64,000 nt of DNA from Eledone cirrhosa. Lineage: Eukaryota. Positions 43,301 to 57,700 of the stretch are shown here, in pieces; positions within the stretch are counted from its first letter, which is position 1; each line of letters opens with the position of its first letter. The notes under the pieces were generated by a model that did not search any database, was not told the origin of the DNA, and worked only from the letters and a program-made list of their open reading frames with translations. The stretch covers positions 29,698,001 through 29,762,000 of the forward strand of contig OZ024762.1 of NCBI GenBank assembly GCA_964016885.1, given 5' to 3'. The position numbers were made by a program, and so were the translations under genes.

Positions 43301-45569
43301 CGTGTTGCCTACACGGCCACATTACAGCGTGGACTGTCTGGCGGGTTATCTACGGCTGGATGCCCTTCCTAACACCAACCACATTTACAGTGTGGACTGG
43401 GAGGTTTTTACCGTGTTGCCTACACGGCCACATTACAGCGTGGACTGTCTGGCGGGTTTTCTACGGCTGGATGCCCTTCCTAACACCAACCACATTTACA
43501 GTGTGGACTGGGAGATTTTTACCGTGTTGCCTACACGGCCACATTACAGCGTGGACTGTCTGGCGGGTTTTCTACAGCTGGATGCCCTTCCTAACACCAA
43601 CCACATTTACAGTGTGGACTGGGAGATTTTTACCGTGTTGCCTACACGGCCACATTACAGCGTGGACTGTCTGGCGGGTTTTCTACGGCTGGATGCCCTT
43701 CCTAACACCAACCACATTTACAGTGTGGACTGGGAGGTTTTTACCGGGTTGCCTACACGGCCACATTACAGCGTGGACTGTCTGGCGGGTTATCTACGGC
43801 TGGATGCCCTTCCTAACACCAACCACATTTACAGTGTGGACTGGGAGGTTTTTACCGTGTTGCCTACACGGCCACATTACAGCGTGGACTGTCTGGCGGG
43901 TTTTCTACAGCTGGATGCCCTTCCTAACACCAACTACGCTTACAGTGTGGAACTGGGAGGTTTTTACCGTGTTGCCTACACGGCCACATTACAGCGTGGA
44001 CTGTCTGGCGGGTTTTCTACAGCTGGATGCCCTTCCTAACACCAACCACATTTACAGTGTGGACTGGGAGATTTTTACCGTGTTGCCTACACGGCCACAT
44101 TACAGCGTGGACTGTCTGGCGGGTTTTCTACGGCTGGATGCCCTTCCTAACACCAACCACATTTACAGTGTGGACTGGGAGGTTTTTACCGTGTTGCCTA
44201 CACGGCCACATTACAGCGTGGACTGTCTGGCGGGTTTTCTACGGCTGGATGCCCTTCCTAACACCAACCACATTTAGTGTGGGGTTGCGTGGTTTTTACT
44301 GTGTTGCTTACACGGCCACATTATAGCGTGGACTGTCTGGCGGGTTTTCTACGGCTGGATGCCCTTCCTAACAACAACCACATTTACAGTGTGGACTGGG
44401 AGGTTTTTACCGTGTTGCCTACACGGGCACATTACAGCGTGGACTGTCTGGCGGGTTATCTACGGCTGGATGCAGTTCCTAACACCAACCACATTTATAG
44501 TGTGGACTGGGAGGTTTTTACCGTGTTGCCTACACGGCCACATTACAGCGTGGACTGTCTGGCGGGTTTTCTACGGCTGGATGCCCTTCCTAACACCAAC
44601 CACATTTACATTGTAGACTGGGAGATTTTTACCGTGTTGCCTACACGGCCACATTACAGCGTGGACTGACTGGCGGGTTTTCTACAGCTGGATGCTCTTC
44701 CTAACACCAACCACATTTACAGTGTGGACTGGGAGATTTTTACCGTGTTACCTACACGGCCACATTACAGCGTGGACTGTCTGGCGGGTTTTCTACGGCT
44801 GGATGTCCTTCCTAACACCAACCACATTTACAGTGTGGGGCTGGGAGGTTTTTACTCTGTTGCCTACACAGCCACATTACAGCGTGGACTGTCTGGCGGG
44901 TTTTCTACAGCTGGATGCCCTTCCTAACACCAACTACGTTTACAGTGTGGAACTGGGAGGTTTTTACCGTGTTGCCTACACGGCCACATTACAGCGTGGA
45001 CTGTCTGGCGGGTTTTCTACGGCTGGATGCCCTCCCTAACACCAACCACATTTACAGTGTGGGCTGGGAGGTTTTTACCGTGTTGCCTACACGGCCACAT
45101 TACAGTGTGGACTGTCTGGCGGGTTTTCTACAGCTGGATGCCCTTCCTAACACCAACTACGCTTACAGTGTGGAACTGGGAGGTTTTTACCGTGTTGCCT
45201 ACACGGCCACATTACAGCGTGGACTGTCTGGCGGGTTTTCTACAGCTGGATGCCCTTCCTAACACCAACTACGTTTACAGTGTGGAACTGGGAGGTTTTT
45301 ACCGTGTTGCCTACACGGCCACATTACAGCGTGGACTGTCTGGCGGGTTTTCTACAGCTGGATGCCCTTCCTAACACCAACCACATTTACAGTGTGGACT
45401 GCGAGATTTTTACCGTGTTGCCTACACGGCCACATTACAGCGTGGACTGTCTGGCGGGTTATCTACGGCTGGATGCCCTTCCTAACACCAACCACATTTA
45501 CAGTGTGGACTGGGAGGTTTTTACCGTGTTGCCTACACGGCCACATTACAGCGTGGACTGTCTGGCGGG
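34085..45569. repeat. Nested duplications: 26-monomer (2888 bp) inside a 46-monomer (5112 bp = 2888+2224) tandem duplication
   Basis: Offset 2888: ORFs 34388/37276, 35027/37915, 36277/39165. Offset 5112: ORFs 36692/41804, 37276/42388, 39915/45027, and variants AACCAAATTT 35821/40933 and GCCCTCCCTAAC 39917/45029. Confidence 0.9.
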
Positions 45570-48500
45570 TTTTCTACGGCTGGATGCCCTTCCTAACACC
45601 AACCACATTTACAGTGTGGACTGGGAGATTTTTACCGTGTTGCCTACACGGCCACATTACAGCGTGGACTGTCTGGCGGGTTTTCTACAGCTGGATGCCC
45701 TTCCTAACACCAACCACATTTACAGTGTGGACTGGGAGATTTTTACCGTGTTGCCTACACGGCCACATTACAGCGTGGACTGTCTGGCGGGTTTTCTACG
45801 GCTGGATGCCCTTCCTAACACCAACCACATTTACAGTGTGGACTGGGAGGTTTTTACCGGGTTGCCTACACGGCCACATTACAGCGTGGACTGTCTGGCG
45901 GGTTATCTACGGCTGGATGCCCTTCCTAACACCAACCACATTTACAGTGTGGACTGGGAGGTTTTTCCCGTGTTGCCTACACGGCCACATTACAGCGTGG
46001 ACTGTCTGGCGGGTTTTCTACAGCTGGATGCCCTTCCTAACACCAACTACGCTTACAGTTTGGAACTGGGAGGTTTTTACCGTGTTGCCTACACGGCCAC
46101 ATTACAGCGTGGACTGTCTGGCGGGTTTTCTACAGCTGGATGCCCTTCCTAACACCAACCACATTTACAGTGTGGACTGGGAGATTTTTACCGTGTTGCC
46201 TACACGGCCACATTACAGCGTGGACTGTCTGGCGGGTTTTCTACGGCTGGATGCCCTTCCTAACACCAACCACATTTACAGTGTGGACCGGGAGGTTTTT
46301 ACCGTGTTGCCTACACGGCCACATTACAGCGTGGACTGTCTGGCGGGTTTTCTACGGCTGGATGCCCTTCCTAACACCAACCACATTTAGTGTGGGGCTG
46401 CGTGGTTTTTACTGTGTTGCTTACACGGCCACATTATAGCGTGGACTGTCTGGCGGGTTTTCTACGGCTGGATGCCCTTCCTAACACCAACCACATTTAC
46501 AGTGTGGACTGGGAGGTTTTTACCGTGTTGCCTACACGGCCACATTACAGCGTGGACTGTCTGGCGGGTTATCTACGGCTGGATGCAGTTCCTAACACCA
46601 ACCACATTTACAGTGTGGACTGGGAGGTTTTTACCGTGTTGCCTACACGGCCACATTACAGCGTGGACTGTCTGGCGGGTTTTCTACGGCTGGATGCCCT
46701 TCCTAACACCAACCACATTTACATTGTAGACTGGGAGATTTTTACCGTGTTGCCTACACGGCCACATTACAGCGTGGACTGACTGGCGGGTTTTCTACAG
46801 CTGGATGCTCTTCCTAACACCAACCACATTTACAGTGTGGACTGGGAGATTTTTACCGTGTTGCCTACACGGCCACATTACAGCGTGGACTGTCTGGCGG
46901 GTTTTCTACGGCTGGATGTCCTTCCTAACACCAACCACATTTACAGTGTGGGGCTGGGAGATTTTTACTCTGTTGCCTACACAGCCACATTACAGCGTGG
47001 ACTGTCTGGCGGGTTTTCTACAGCTGGATGCCCTTCCTAACACCAACTACGTTTACAGTGTGGAACTGGGAGGTTTTTACCCTGTTGCCTACACGGCCAC
47101 ATTACAGCGTGGACTGTCTGGCGGGTTTTCTACGGCTGGATGCCCTTCCTAACACCAACCACATTTACAGTGTGGGCTGGGAGGTTTTTACCGTGTTGCC
47201 TACACGGCCACATTACAGTGTGGACTGTCTGGCGGGTTTTCTACAGCTGGATGCCCTTCCTAACACCAACTACGCTTACAGTGTGGAACTGGGAGGTTTT
47301 TACCGTGTTGCCTACACGGCCACATTACAGCGTGGTCTGTCTGGCGGGTTTTCTACAGCTGGATGCCCTTCCTAACACCAACCACATTTACAGTGTGGAC
47401 TGGGAGATTTTTACCGTGTTGCCTACACGGCCACATTACAGCGTGGACTGTCTGGCGGGTTTTCTACGGCTGGATGCCCTTCCTAACACCAACCACATTT
47501 ACAGTGTGGACTGTGAGGTTTTTACCGTGTTGCCTACACGGCCACATTACAGCGTGGACTGTCTGGCGGGTTTTCTACAGCTGGATGCCCTTCCTAACAC
47601 CAACCACATTTACAGTGTGGACTGGGAGATTTTTACCGTGTTGCCTACACGGCCACATTACAGCGTGGACTGTCTGGCGGGTTATCTACGGCTGGATGCC
47701 CTTCCTAACACCAACCACATTTACAGTGTGGACTGGGAGGTTTTTACCGTGTTGCCTACACGGCCACATTACAGCGTGGACTGTCTGGCGGGTTTTCTAC
47801 GGCTGGATGCCCTTCCTAACACCAACCACATTTACAGTGTGGACTGGGAGGTTTTTACCGTGTTGCCTACAAGGCCACATTACAGCGTGGACTGTCTGGC
47901 GGGTTTTCTACGGCTGGATGCCCTTCCTAACACCAACCACATTTACATTGTGGCCTGGGAGATTGTTAACGTGTTGCCTACACGGCCACATTACAGCGTG
48001 GACTGTCTGGCGGGTTTTCTACAGCTGGATGCCCTTCCTAACACCAACCACATTTACAGTGTGGACTGGGAGATTTTTACCGTGTTGCCTACACGGCCAC
48101 ATTACAGCGTGGACTGTCTGGCGGGTTTTCTACGGCTGGATGCCCTTCCTATCACCAACCACATTTACAGTGTGGACTGGGAGGTTTTTACCGTGTTGCC
48201 TACACGGCCACATTACAGCGTGGACTGTCTGGCGGGTTTTCTACAGCTGGATCCCCTTCCTAACACCAACTACGCTTACAGTGTGGAACTGGGAGGTTTT
48301 TACCGTGTTGCCTACACGGCCACATTACAGCGTGGACTGTCTGGCGGGTTTTCTACAGCTGGATGCCCTTCCTAACACCAACCACATTTACAGTGTGGAC
48401 TGGGAGATTTTTACCGTGTTGCCTACACGGCCACATTACAGCGTGGACTGTCTGGCGGGTTTTCTACGGCTGGATGCCCTTCCTAACACCAACCACATTT

Positions 48501-50105
48501 ACAGTGTGGACTGGGAGGTTTTTACCGTGTTGCGTACACGGCCACATTACAGCGTGGACTGTCTGGCGGGTTTTCTACGGCTGGATGCCCTTCCTAACAC
48601 CAACCACATTTAGTGTGGGGTTGCGTGGTTTTTACTGTGTTGCTTACACGGCCACATTATAGCGTGGACTGTCTGGCGGGTTTTCTGCGGCTGGATGCCC
48701 TTCCTAACACCAACCACATTTACAGTGTGGACTGGGAGGTTTTTACCGTGTTGCCTACACGGCCACATTACAGCGTGGACTGTCTGGCGGGTTATCTACG
48801 GCTGGATGCCCTTCCTAACACCAACCACATTTACAGTGTGGACTGGGAGGTTTTTACCGTGTTGCCTACACGGCCACATTACAGCGTGGACTGTCTGGCG
48901 GGTTTTCTACGGCTGGATGCCCTTCCTAACACCAACCACATTTACATTGTGGACTGGGAGATTTTTACCGTGTTGCCTACACGGCCACATTACAGCGTGG
49001 ACTGACTGGCGGGTTTTCTACAGCTGGATGCTCTTCCTAACACCAACCACATTTACAGTGTGGACTGGGAGATTTTTACCGTGTTGCCTACACGGCCACA
49101 TTACAGCGTGGACTGTCTGGCGGGTTTTCTACGGCTGGATGTCCTTCCTAACACCAACCACATTTACAGTGTGGGGCTGGGAGGTTTTTACTGTGTTGCC
49201 TACACAGCCACATTACAGCGTGGACTGTCTGGCGGGTTTTCTACGGCTGGATGCCCTTCCTAACACCAACCACATTTACAGTGTGGGCTGGGAGGTTTTT
49301 ACCGTGTTGCGTACACGGCCACATTACAGTGTGGACTGTCTGGCGGGTTTTCTACAGCTGGATGCCCTTCCTAACACCAACTACGCTTACAGTGTGGAAC
49401 TGGGAGGTTTTTACCGTGTTGCCTACACGGCCACATTACAGCGTGGTCTGTCTGGCGGGTTTTCTACAGCTGGATGTCCTTCCTAACACCAACCACATTT
49501 ACAGTGTGGACTGGGAGAATGTTACCGTGTTGCCTACACGGCCACATTACAGCGTGGACTGTCTGGCGGGTTTTCTACGGCTGGATGCCCTTCCTAACAC
49601 CAACCACATTTACAGTGTGGACTGGGAGGTTTTTACCGTGTTGCCTACACGGCCACATTACAGCATGGACTGTCTGGCGGGTTTTCTACAGCTGGATGCC
49701 CTTCCTAACACCAACCACATTTACAGTGTGGACTGGGAGATTTTTACCGTGTTGCCTACACGGCCACATTACAGCGTGGACTGTCTGGCGGGTTATCTAC
49801 GGCTGGATGCCCTTCCTAACACCAACCACATTTACAGTGTGGACTGGGAGGTTTTTACCGTGTTGCCTACACGGCCACATTACAGCGTGGACTGTCTGGC
49901 GGGTTTTCTACGGCTGGATGCCCTTCCTAACACCAACATCGGTTACAGTGTGGAACTGGGAGGTTTTTACCGTGTTGCCTACACGGCCACATTACAGCGT
50001 GGACTGTCTGGCGGGTTTTCTACAGCTGGATGCCCTTCCTAACACCAACCACATTTACAGTGTGGACTGGGAGATTTTTACCGTGTTGCCTACACGGCCA
50101 CATTA
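45290..50105. repeat. ~4.8-kb block, copy 1 of a non-adjacent duplication (offset 9453 bp, 85 monomers)
   Basis: ORF pairs 46390/55843, 47140/56593, 48613/58066 and 49251/58704. Variants GGCCTGGGAGATTGTTAAC 47952/57405, CCTATCACC 48148/57601 and GAGAATGTTACC 49515/58968. Confidence 0.9.
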
Positions 50106-53100
50106 CAGTGTGGACTGTCTGGCGGGTTTTCTACAGCTGGATGCCCTTCCTAACACCAACTACGCTTACAGTGTGGAACTGGGAGGTTTTTACCGTGTTG
50201 CCTACACGGCCACATTACAGCGTGGACTGTCTGGCGGGTTTTCTACGGCTGGATGCCCTTCCTAACACCAACATCGGTTACAGTGTGGAACTGGGAGGTT
50301 TTTACCGTGTTGCCTACACGGCCACATTACAGCGTGGACTGTCTGGCGGGTTTTCTACGGCTGGATGCCCTTCCTAACACTAACCACATTTACAGTGTGG
50401 ACTGGGAGGTTTTTACCGTGTTGCCTACACGGCCACATTACAGCGTGGACTGTCTGGCGGGTTTTCTACGGCTGGATGCCCTTCCTAACACCAACCACAT
50501 TTACAGTGTGGGCTGGGAGGTTTTTACCGTGTTGCCTACACGGCCACATTACAGTGTGGACTGTCTGGCGGGTTTTCTACAGCTGGATGCCCTTCCTAAC
50601 ACCAACTACGCTTACAGTGTGGAACTGGGAGGTTTTTACCGTGTTGCCTACATGGCCACATTACAGCGTGGACTGTCTGGCGGGTTTTCTACGGCTGGAT
50701 GCCCTTCCTAACACCAACCACATTTACAGTGTGGACTGGCAGGTTTTTACCCTGTTGCCTACACGGCCACATTACAGCGTGGACTGTCTGGCGGGTTTTC
50801 TACGGCTGGATGCCCTTCCTAACACCAACCACATTTACAGTGTGGGCTGGGAGGTTTTTACCGTGTTGCCTACACGGCCACATTACAGTGTGGACTGTCT
50901 GGCGGGTTTTCTACAGCTGGATGCCCTTCCTAACACCAACTACGCTTACAGTGTGGAACTGGGAGGTTTTTACCGTGTTGCCTACACGGCCACATTACAG
51001 CGTGGTCTGTCTGGCGGGTTTTCTACAGCTGGATGCCCTTCCTAACACCAACCACATTTACAGTGTGGACTGGGAGATTTTTACCGTGTTGCCTACACGG
51101 CCACATTACAGCGTGGACTGTCTGGCGGGTTTTCTACGGCTGGATGCCCTTCCTAACACCAACCACATTTACAGTGTGGACTGGGAGGTTTTTACCGTGT
51201 TGCCAACACGGCCACATTACAGCGTGGACTGTCTGGCGGGTTTTCTACAGCTGGATGCCCTTCCTAACACCAACTACGCTTACAGTGTGGAACTGGGAGG
51301 TTTTTACCGTGTTGCCTACACGGCCACATTACAGCGTGGACTGTCTGGCGGGTTTTCTACAGCTGGATGCCCTTCCTAACACCAACCACATTTACAGTGT
51401 GGACTGGGAGATTTTTACCGTGTTGCCTACACGGCCACATTACAGCGTGGACTGTCTGGCGGGTTTTCTACGGCTGGATGCCCTTCCTAACACTAACCAC
51501 ATTTACAGTGTGGACTGGGAGGTTTTTACCGTGTTGCCTACACGGCCACATTACAGCGTGGACTGTCTGGCGGGTTTTCTACGGCTGGATGCCCTTCCTA
51601 ACACCAACCACATTTACAGTGTGGGCTGGGAGGTTTTTACCGTGTTGCCTACACGGCCACATTACAGTGTGGACTGTCTGGCGGGTTTTCTACAGCTGGA
51701 TGCCCTTCCTAACACCAACTACGCTTACAGTGTGGAACTGGGAGGTTTTTACCGTGTTGCGTACACGGCCACATTACAGCGTGGACTGTCTGGCGGGTTT
51801 TCTACGGCTGGATGCCCTTCCTAACACCAACCACATTTAGTGTGGGGTTGCGTGGTTTTTACTGTGTTGCTTACACGGCCACATTATAGCGTGGACTGTC
51901 TGGCGGGTTTTCTACGGCTGGATGCCCTTCCTAACACCAACCACATTTACAGTGTGGACTGGGAGGTTTTTACCGTGTTGCCTACACGGCCACATTACAG
52001 CGTGGACTGTCTGGCGGGTTATCTACGGCTGGATGCCCTTCCTAACACCAACCACATTTACAGTGTGGACTGGGAGGTTTTTACCGTGTTGCCTACACGG
52101 CCACATTACAGCGTGGACTGTCTGGCGGGTTTTCTACGGCTGGATGCCCTTCCTAACACCAACCACATTTACATTGTGGACTGGGAGATTTTTACCGTGT
52201 TGCCTACACGGCCACATTACAGCGTGGACTGACTGGCGGGTTTTCTACAGCTGGATGCTCTTCCTAACACCAACCACATTTACAGTGTGGACTGGGAGAT
52301 TTTTACCGTGTTGCCTACACGGCCACATTACAGCGTGGACTCTCTGGCGGGTTTTCTACGGCTGGATGTCCTTCCTAACACCAACCACATTTACAGTGTG
52401 GGGGTGGGAGGTTTTTACTGTGTTGCCTACACAGCCACATTACAGCGTGGACTGTCTGGCGGGTTTTCTACGGCTGGATGCCCTTCCTAACACCAACCAC
52501 ATTTACAGTGTGGGTTGGGAGGTTTTTACCGTGTTGCGTACACGGCCACATTACAGTGTGGACTGTCTGGCGGGTTTTCTACAGCTGGATGCCCTTCCTA
52601 ACACCAACTACGCTTACAGTGTGGAACTGGGAGGTTTTTACCGTGTTGCCTACACGGCCACATTACAGCGTGGTCTGTCTGGCGGGTTTTCTACAGCTGG
52701 ATGTCCTTCCTAACACCAACCACATTTACAGTGTGGACTGGGAGATTTTTACCGTGTTGCCTACACGGCCACATTACAGCGTGGACTGTCTGGCGGGTTT
52801 TCTACGGCTGGATGCCCTTCCTAACACCAACCACATTTACAGTGTGGACTGGGAGGTTTTTACCGTGTTGCCTACACGGCCACATTACAGCGTGGACTGT
52901 CTGGCGGGTTTTCTACAGCTGGATGCCCTTCCTAACACCAACCACATTTACAGTGTGGACTGGGAGATTTTTACCGTGTTGCCTACACGGCCACATTACA
53001 GCGTGGACTGTCTGGCGGGTTATCTACGGCTGGATGCCCTTCCTAACACCAACCACATTTACAGTGTGGACTGGGAGGTTTTTACCGTGTTGCCTACACG

Positions 53101-54739
53101 GCCACATTACAGCGTGGACTGTCTGGCGGGTTTTCTACAGCTGGATGCCCTTCCTAACAACAACTACGCTTACAGTGTGGAACTGGGAGGTTTTTACCGT
53201 GTTGCCTACACGGCCACATTACAGCGTGGACTGTCTGGCGGGTTTTCTACGGCTGGATGCCCTTCCTAACACCAACCACATTTACAGTGTGGGCTGGGAG
53301 GTTTTTACCGTGTTGCCTACACGGCCACATTACAGTGTGGACTGTCTGGCGGGTTTTCTACAGCTGGATGCCCTTCCTAACACCAACTACGCTTACAGTG
53401 TGGAACTGGGAGGTTTATACCGTGTTGCCTACACGGCCACATTACAGCGTGGACTGTCTGGCGGGTTTTCTACGGCTGGATGCCCTTCCTAACACCAACC
53501 ACATTTACAGTGTGGACTGGCAGGTTTTTACCGTGTTGCCTACACGGCCACATTACAGCGTGGACTGTCTGGCGGGTTTTCTACGGCTGGATGCCCTTCC
53601 TAACACCAACCACATTTACAGTGTGGGCTGGGAGGTTTTTACCGTGTTGCCTACACGGCCACATTACAGTGTGGACTGTCTGGCGGGTTTTCTACAGCTG
53701 GATGCCCTTCCTAACACCAACTACGCTTACAGTGTGGAACTGGGAGGTTTTTACCGTGTTGCCTACACGGCCACATTACAGCGTGGTCTGTCTGGCGGGT
53801 TTTCTACAGCTGGATGCCCTTCCTAACACCAACCACATTTACAGTGTGGACTGGGAGATTTTTACCGTGTTGCCTACACGGCCACATTACAGCGTGGACT
53901 GTCTGGCGGGTTTTCTACGGCTGGATGCCCTTCCTAACACCAACCACATTTACAGTGTGGACTGGGAGGTTTTTACCGTGTTGCCTACACGGCCACATTA
54001 CAGCGTGGTCTGTCTGGCGGGTTTTCTACAGCTGGATGCCCTTCCTAACACCAACCACATTTACAGTGTGGACTGGGAGATTTTTACCGTGTTGCCTACA
54101 CGGCCACATTACAGCGTGGACTGTCTGGCGGGTTATCTACGGCTGGATGCCCTTCCTAACACCAACCACATTTACAGTGTGGACTGGGAGGTTTTTACCG
54201 TGTTGCCTACACGGCCACATTACAGCGTGGACTGTCTGGCGGGTTTTCTACAGCTGGATGCCCTTCCTAACAACAACTACGCTTACAGTGTGGAACTGGG
54301 AGGTTTTTACCGTGTTGCCTACACGGCCACATTACAGCGTGGACTGTCTGGCGGGTTTTCTACAGCTGGATGCCCTTCCTAACACCAACCACATTTACAG
54401 TGTGGACTGGGAGATTTTTACCGTGTTGCCTACACGGCCACATTACAGCGTGGACTGTCTGGCGGGTTTTCTACGGCTGGATGCCCTTCCTAACACTAAC
54501 CACATTTACAGTGTGGACTGGGAGGTTTTTACCGTGTTGCCTACACGGCCACATTACAGCGTGGACTGTCTGGCGGGTTTTCTACGGCTGGATGCCCTTC
54601 CTAACACCAACCACATTTACAGTGTGGGCTGGGAGGTTTTTACCGTGTTGCCTACACGGCCACATTACAGTGTGGACTGTCTGGCGTGTTTTCTACAGCT
54701 GGATGCCCTTCCTAACACCAACTACGCTTACAGTGTGGA

Positions 54740-57700
54740 ACTGGGAGGTTTTTACCGTGTTGCCTACACGGCCACATTACAGCGTGGACTGTCTGGCGGG
54801 TTTTCTACAGCTGGATGCCCTTCCTAACACCAACCACATTTACAGTGTGGACTGCGAGATTTTTACCGTGTTGCCTACACGGCCACATTACAGCGTGGAC
54901 TGTCTGGCGGGTTATCTACGGCTGGATGCCCTTCCTAACACCAACCACATTTACAGTGTGGACTGGGAGGTTTTTACCGTGTTGCCTACACGGCCACATT
55001 ACAGCGTGGACTGTCTGGCGGGTTTTCTACGGCTGGATGCCCTTCCTAACACCAACCACATTTACAGTGTGGACTGGGAGATTTTTACCGTGTTGCCTAC
55101 ACGGCCACATTACAGCGTGGACTGTCTGGCGGGTTTTCTACAGCTGGATGCCCTTCCTAACACCAACCACATTTACAGTGTGGACTGGGAGATTTTTACC
55201 GTGTTGCCTACACGGCCACATTACAGCGTGGACTGTCTGGCGGGTTTTCTACGGCTGGATGCCCTTCCTAACACCAACCACATTTACAGTGTGGACTGGG
55301 AGGTTTTTACCGGGTTGCCTACACGGCCACATTACAGCGTGGACTGTCTGGCGGGTTATCTACGGCTGGATGCCCTTCCTAACACCAACCACATTTACAG
55401 TGTGGACTGGGAGGTTTTTACCGTGTTGCCTACACGGCCACATTACAGCGTGGACTGTCTGGCGGGTTTTCTACAGCTGGATGCCCTTCCTAACACCAAC
55501 TACGCTTACAGTTTGGAACTGGGAGGTTTTTACCGTGTTGCCTACACGGCCACATTACAGCGTGGACTGTCTGGCGGGTTTTCTACAGCTGGATGCCCTT
55601 CCTAACACCAACCACATTTACAGTGTGGACTGGGAGATTTTTACCGTGTTGCCTACACGGCCACATTACAGCGTGGACTGTCTGGCGGGTTTTCTACGGC
55701 TGGATGCCCTTCCTAACACCAACCACATTTACAGTGTGGACCGGGAGGTTTTTACCGTGTTGCCTACACGGCCACATTACAGCGTGGACTGTCTGGCGGG
55801 TTTTCTACGGCTGGATGCCCTTCCTAACACCAACCACATTTAGTGTGGGGCTGCGTGGTTTTTACTGTGTTGCTTACACGGCCACATTATAGCGTGGACT
55901 GTCTGGCGGGTTTTCTACGGCTGGATGCCCTTCCTAACACCAACCACATTTACAGTGTGGACTGGGAGGTTTTTACCGTGTTGCCTACACGGCCACATTA
56001 CAGCGTGGACTGTCTGGCGGGTTATCTACGGCTGGATGCAGTTCCTAACACCAACCACATTTACAGTGTGGACTGGGAGGTTTTTACCGTGTTGCCTACA
56101 CGGCCACATTACAGCGTGGACTGTCTGGCGGGTTTTCTACGGCTGGATGCCCTTCCTAACACCAACCACATTTACATTGTAGACTGGGAGATTTTTACCG
56201 TGTTGCCTACACGGCCACATTACAGCGTGGACTGACTGGCGGGTTTTCTACAGCTGGATGCTCTTCCTAACACCAACCACATTTACAGTGTGGACTGGGA
56301 GATTTTTACCGTGTTGCCTACACGGCCACATTACAGCGTGGACTGTCTGGCGGGTTTTCTACGGCTGGATGTCCTTCCTAACACCAACCACATTTACAGT
56401 GTGGGGCTGGGAGGTTTTTACTCTGTTGCCTACACAGCCACATTACAGCGTGGACTGTCTGGCGGGTTTTCTACAGCTGGATGCCCTTCCTAACACCAAC
56501 TACGTTTACAGTGTGGAACTGGGAGGTTTTTACCCTGTTGCCTACACGGCCACATTACAGCGTGGACTGTCTGGCGGGTTTTCTACGGCTGGATGCCCTT
56601 CCTAACACCAACCACATTTACAGTGTGGGCTGGGAGGTTTTTACCGTGTTGCCTACACGGCCACATTACAGTGTGGACTGTCTGGCGGGTTTTCTACAGC
56701 TGGATGCCCTTCTTAACACCAACTACGCTTACAGTGTGGAACTGGGAGGTTTTTACCGTGTTGCCTACACGGCCACATTACAGCGTGGTCTGTCTGGCGG
56801 GTTTTCTACAGCTGGATGCCCTTCCTAACACCAACCACATTTACAGTGTGGACTGGGAGATTTTTACCGTGTTGCCTACACGGCCACATTACAGCGTGGA
56901 CTGTCTGGCGGGTTTTCTACGGCTGGATGCCCTTCCTAACACCAACCACATTTACAGTGTGGACTGTGAGGTTTTTACCGTGTTGCCTACACGGCCACAT
57001 TACAGCGTGGACTGTCTGGCGGGTTTTCTACAGCTGGATGCCCTTCCTAACACCAACCACATTTACAGTGTGGACTGGGAGATTTTTACCGTGTTGCCTA
57101 CACGGCCACATTACAGCGTGGACTGTCTGGCGGGTTATCTACGGCTGGATGCCCTTCCTAACACCAACCACATTTACAGTGTGGACTGGGAGGTTTTTAC
57201 CGTGTTGCCTACACGGCCACATTACAGCGTGGACTGTCTGGCGGGTTTTCTACGGCTGGATGCCCTTCCTAACACCAACCACATTTACAGTGTGGACTGG
57301 GAGGTTTTTACCGTGTTGCCTACAAGGCCACATTACAGCGTGGACTGTCTGGCGGGTTTTCTACGGCTGGATGCCCTTCCTAACACCAACCACATTTACA
57401 TTGTGGCCTGGGAGATTGTTAACGTGTTGCCTACACGGCCACATTACAGCGTGGACTGTCTGGCGGGTTTTCTACAGCTGGATGCCCTTCCTAACACCAA
57501 CCACATTTACAGTGTGGACTGGGAGATTTTTACCGTGTTGCCTACACGGCCACATTACAGCGTGGACTGTCTGGCGGGTTTTCTACGGCTGGATGCCCTT
57601 CCTATCACCAACCACATTTACAGTGTGGACTGGGAGGTTTTTACCGTGTTGCCTACACGGCCACATTACAGCGTGGACTGTCTGGCGGGTTTTCTACAGC

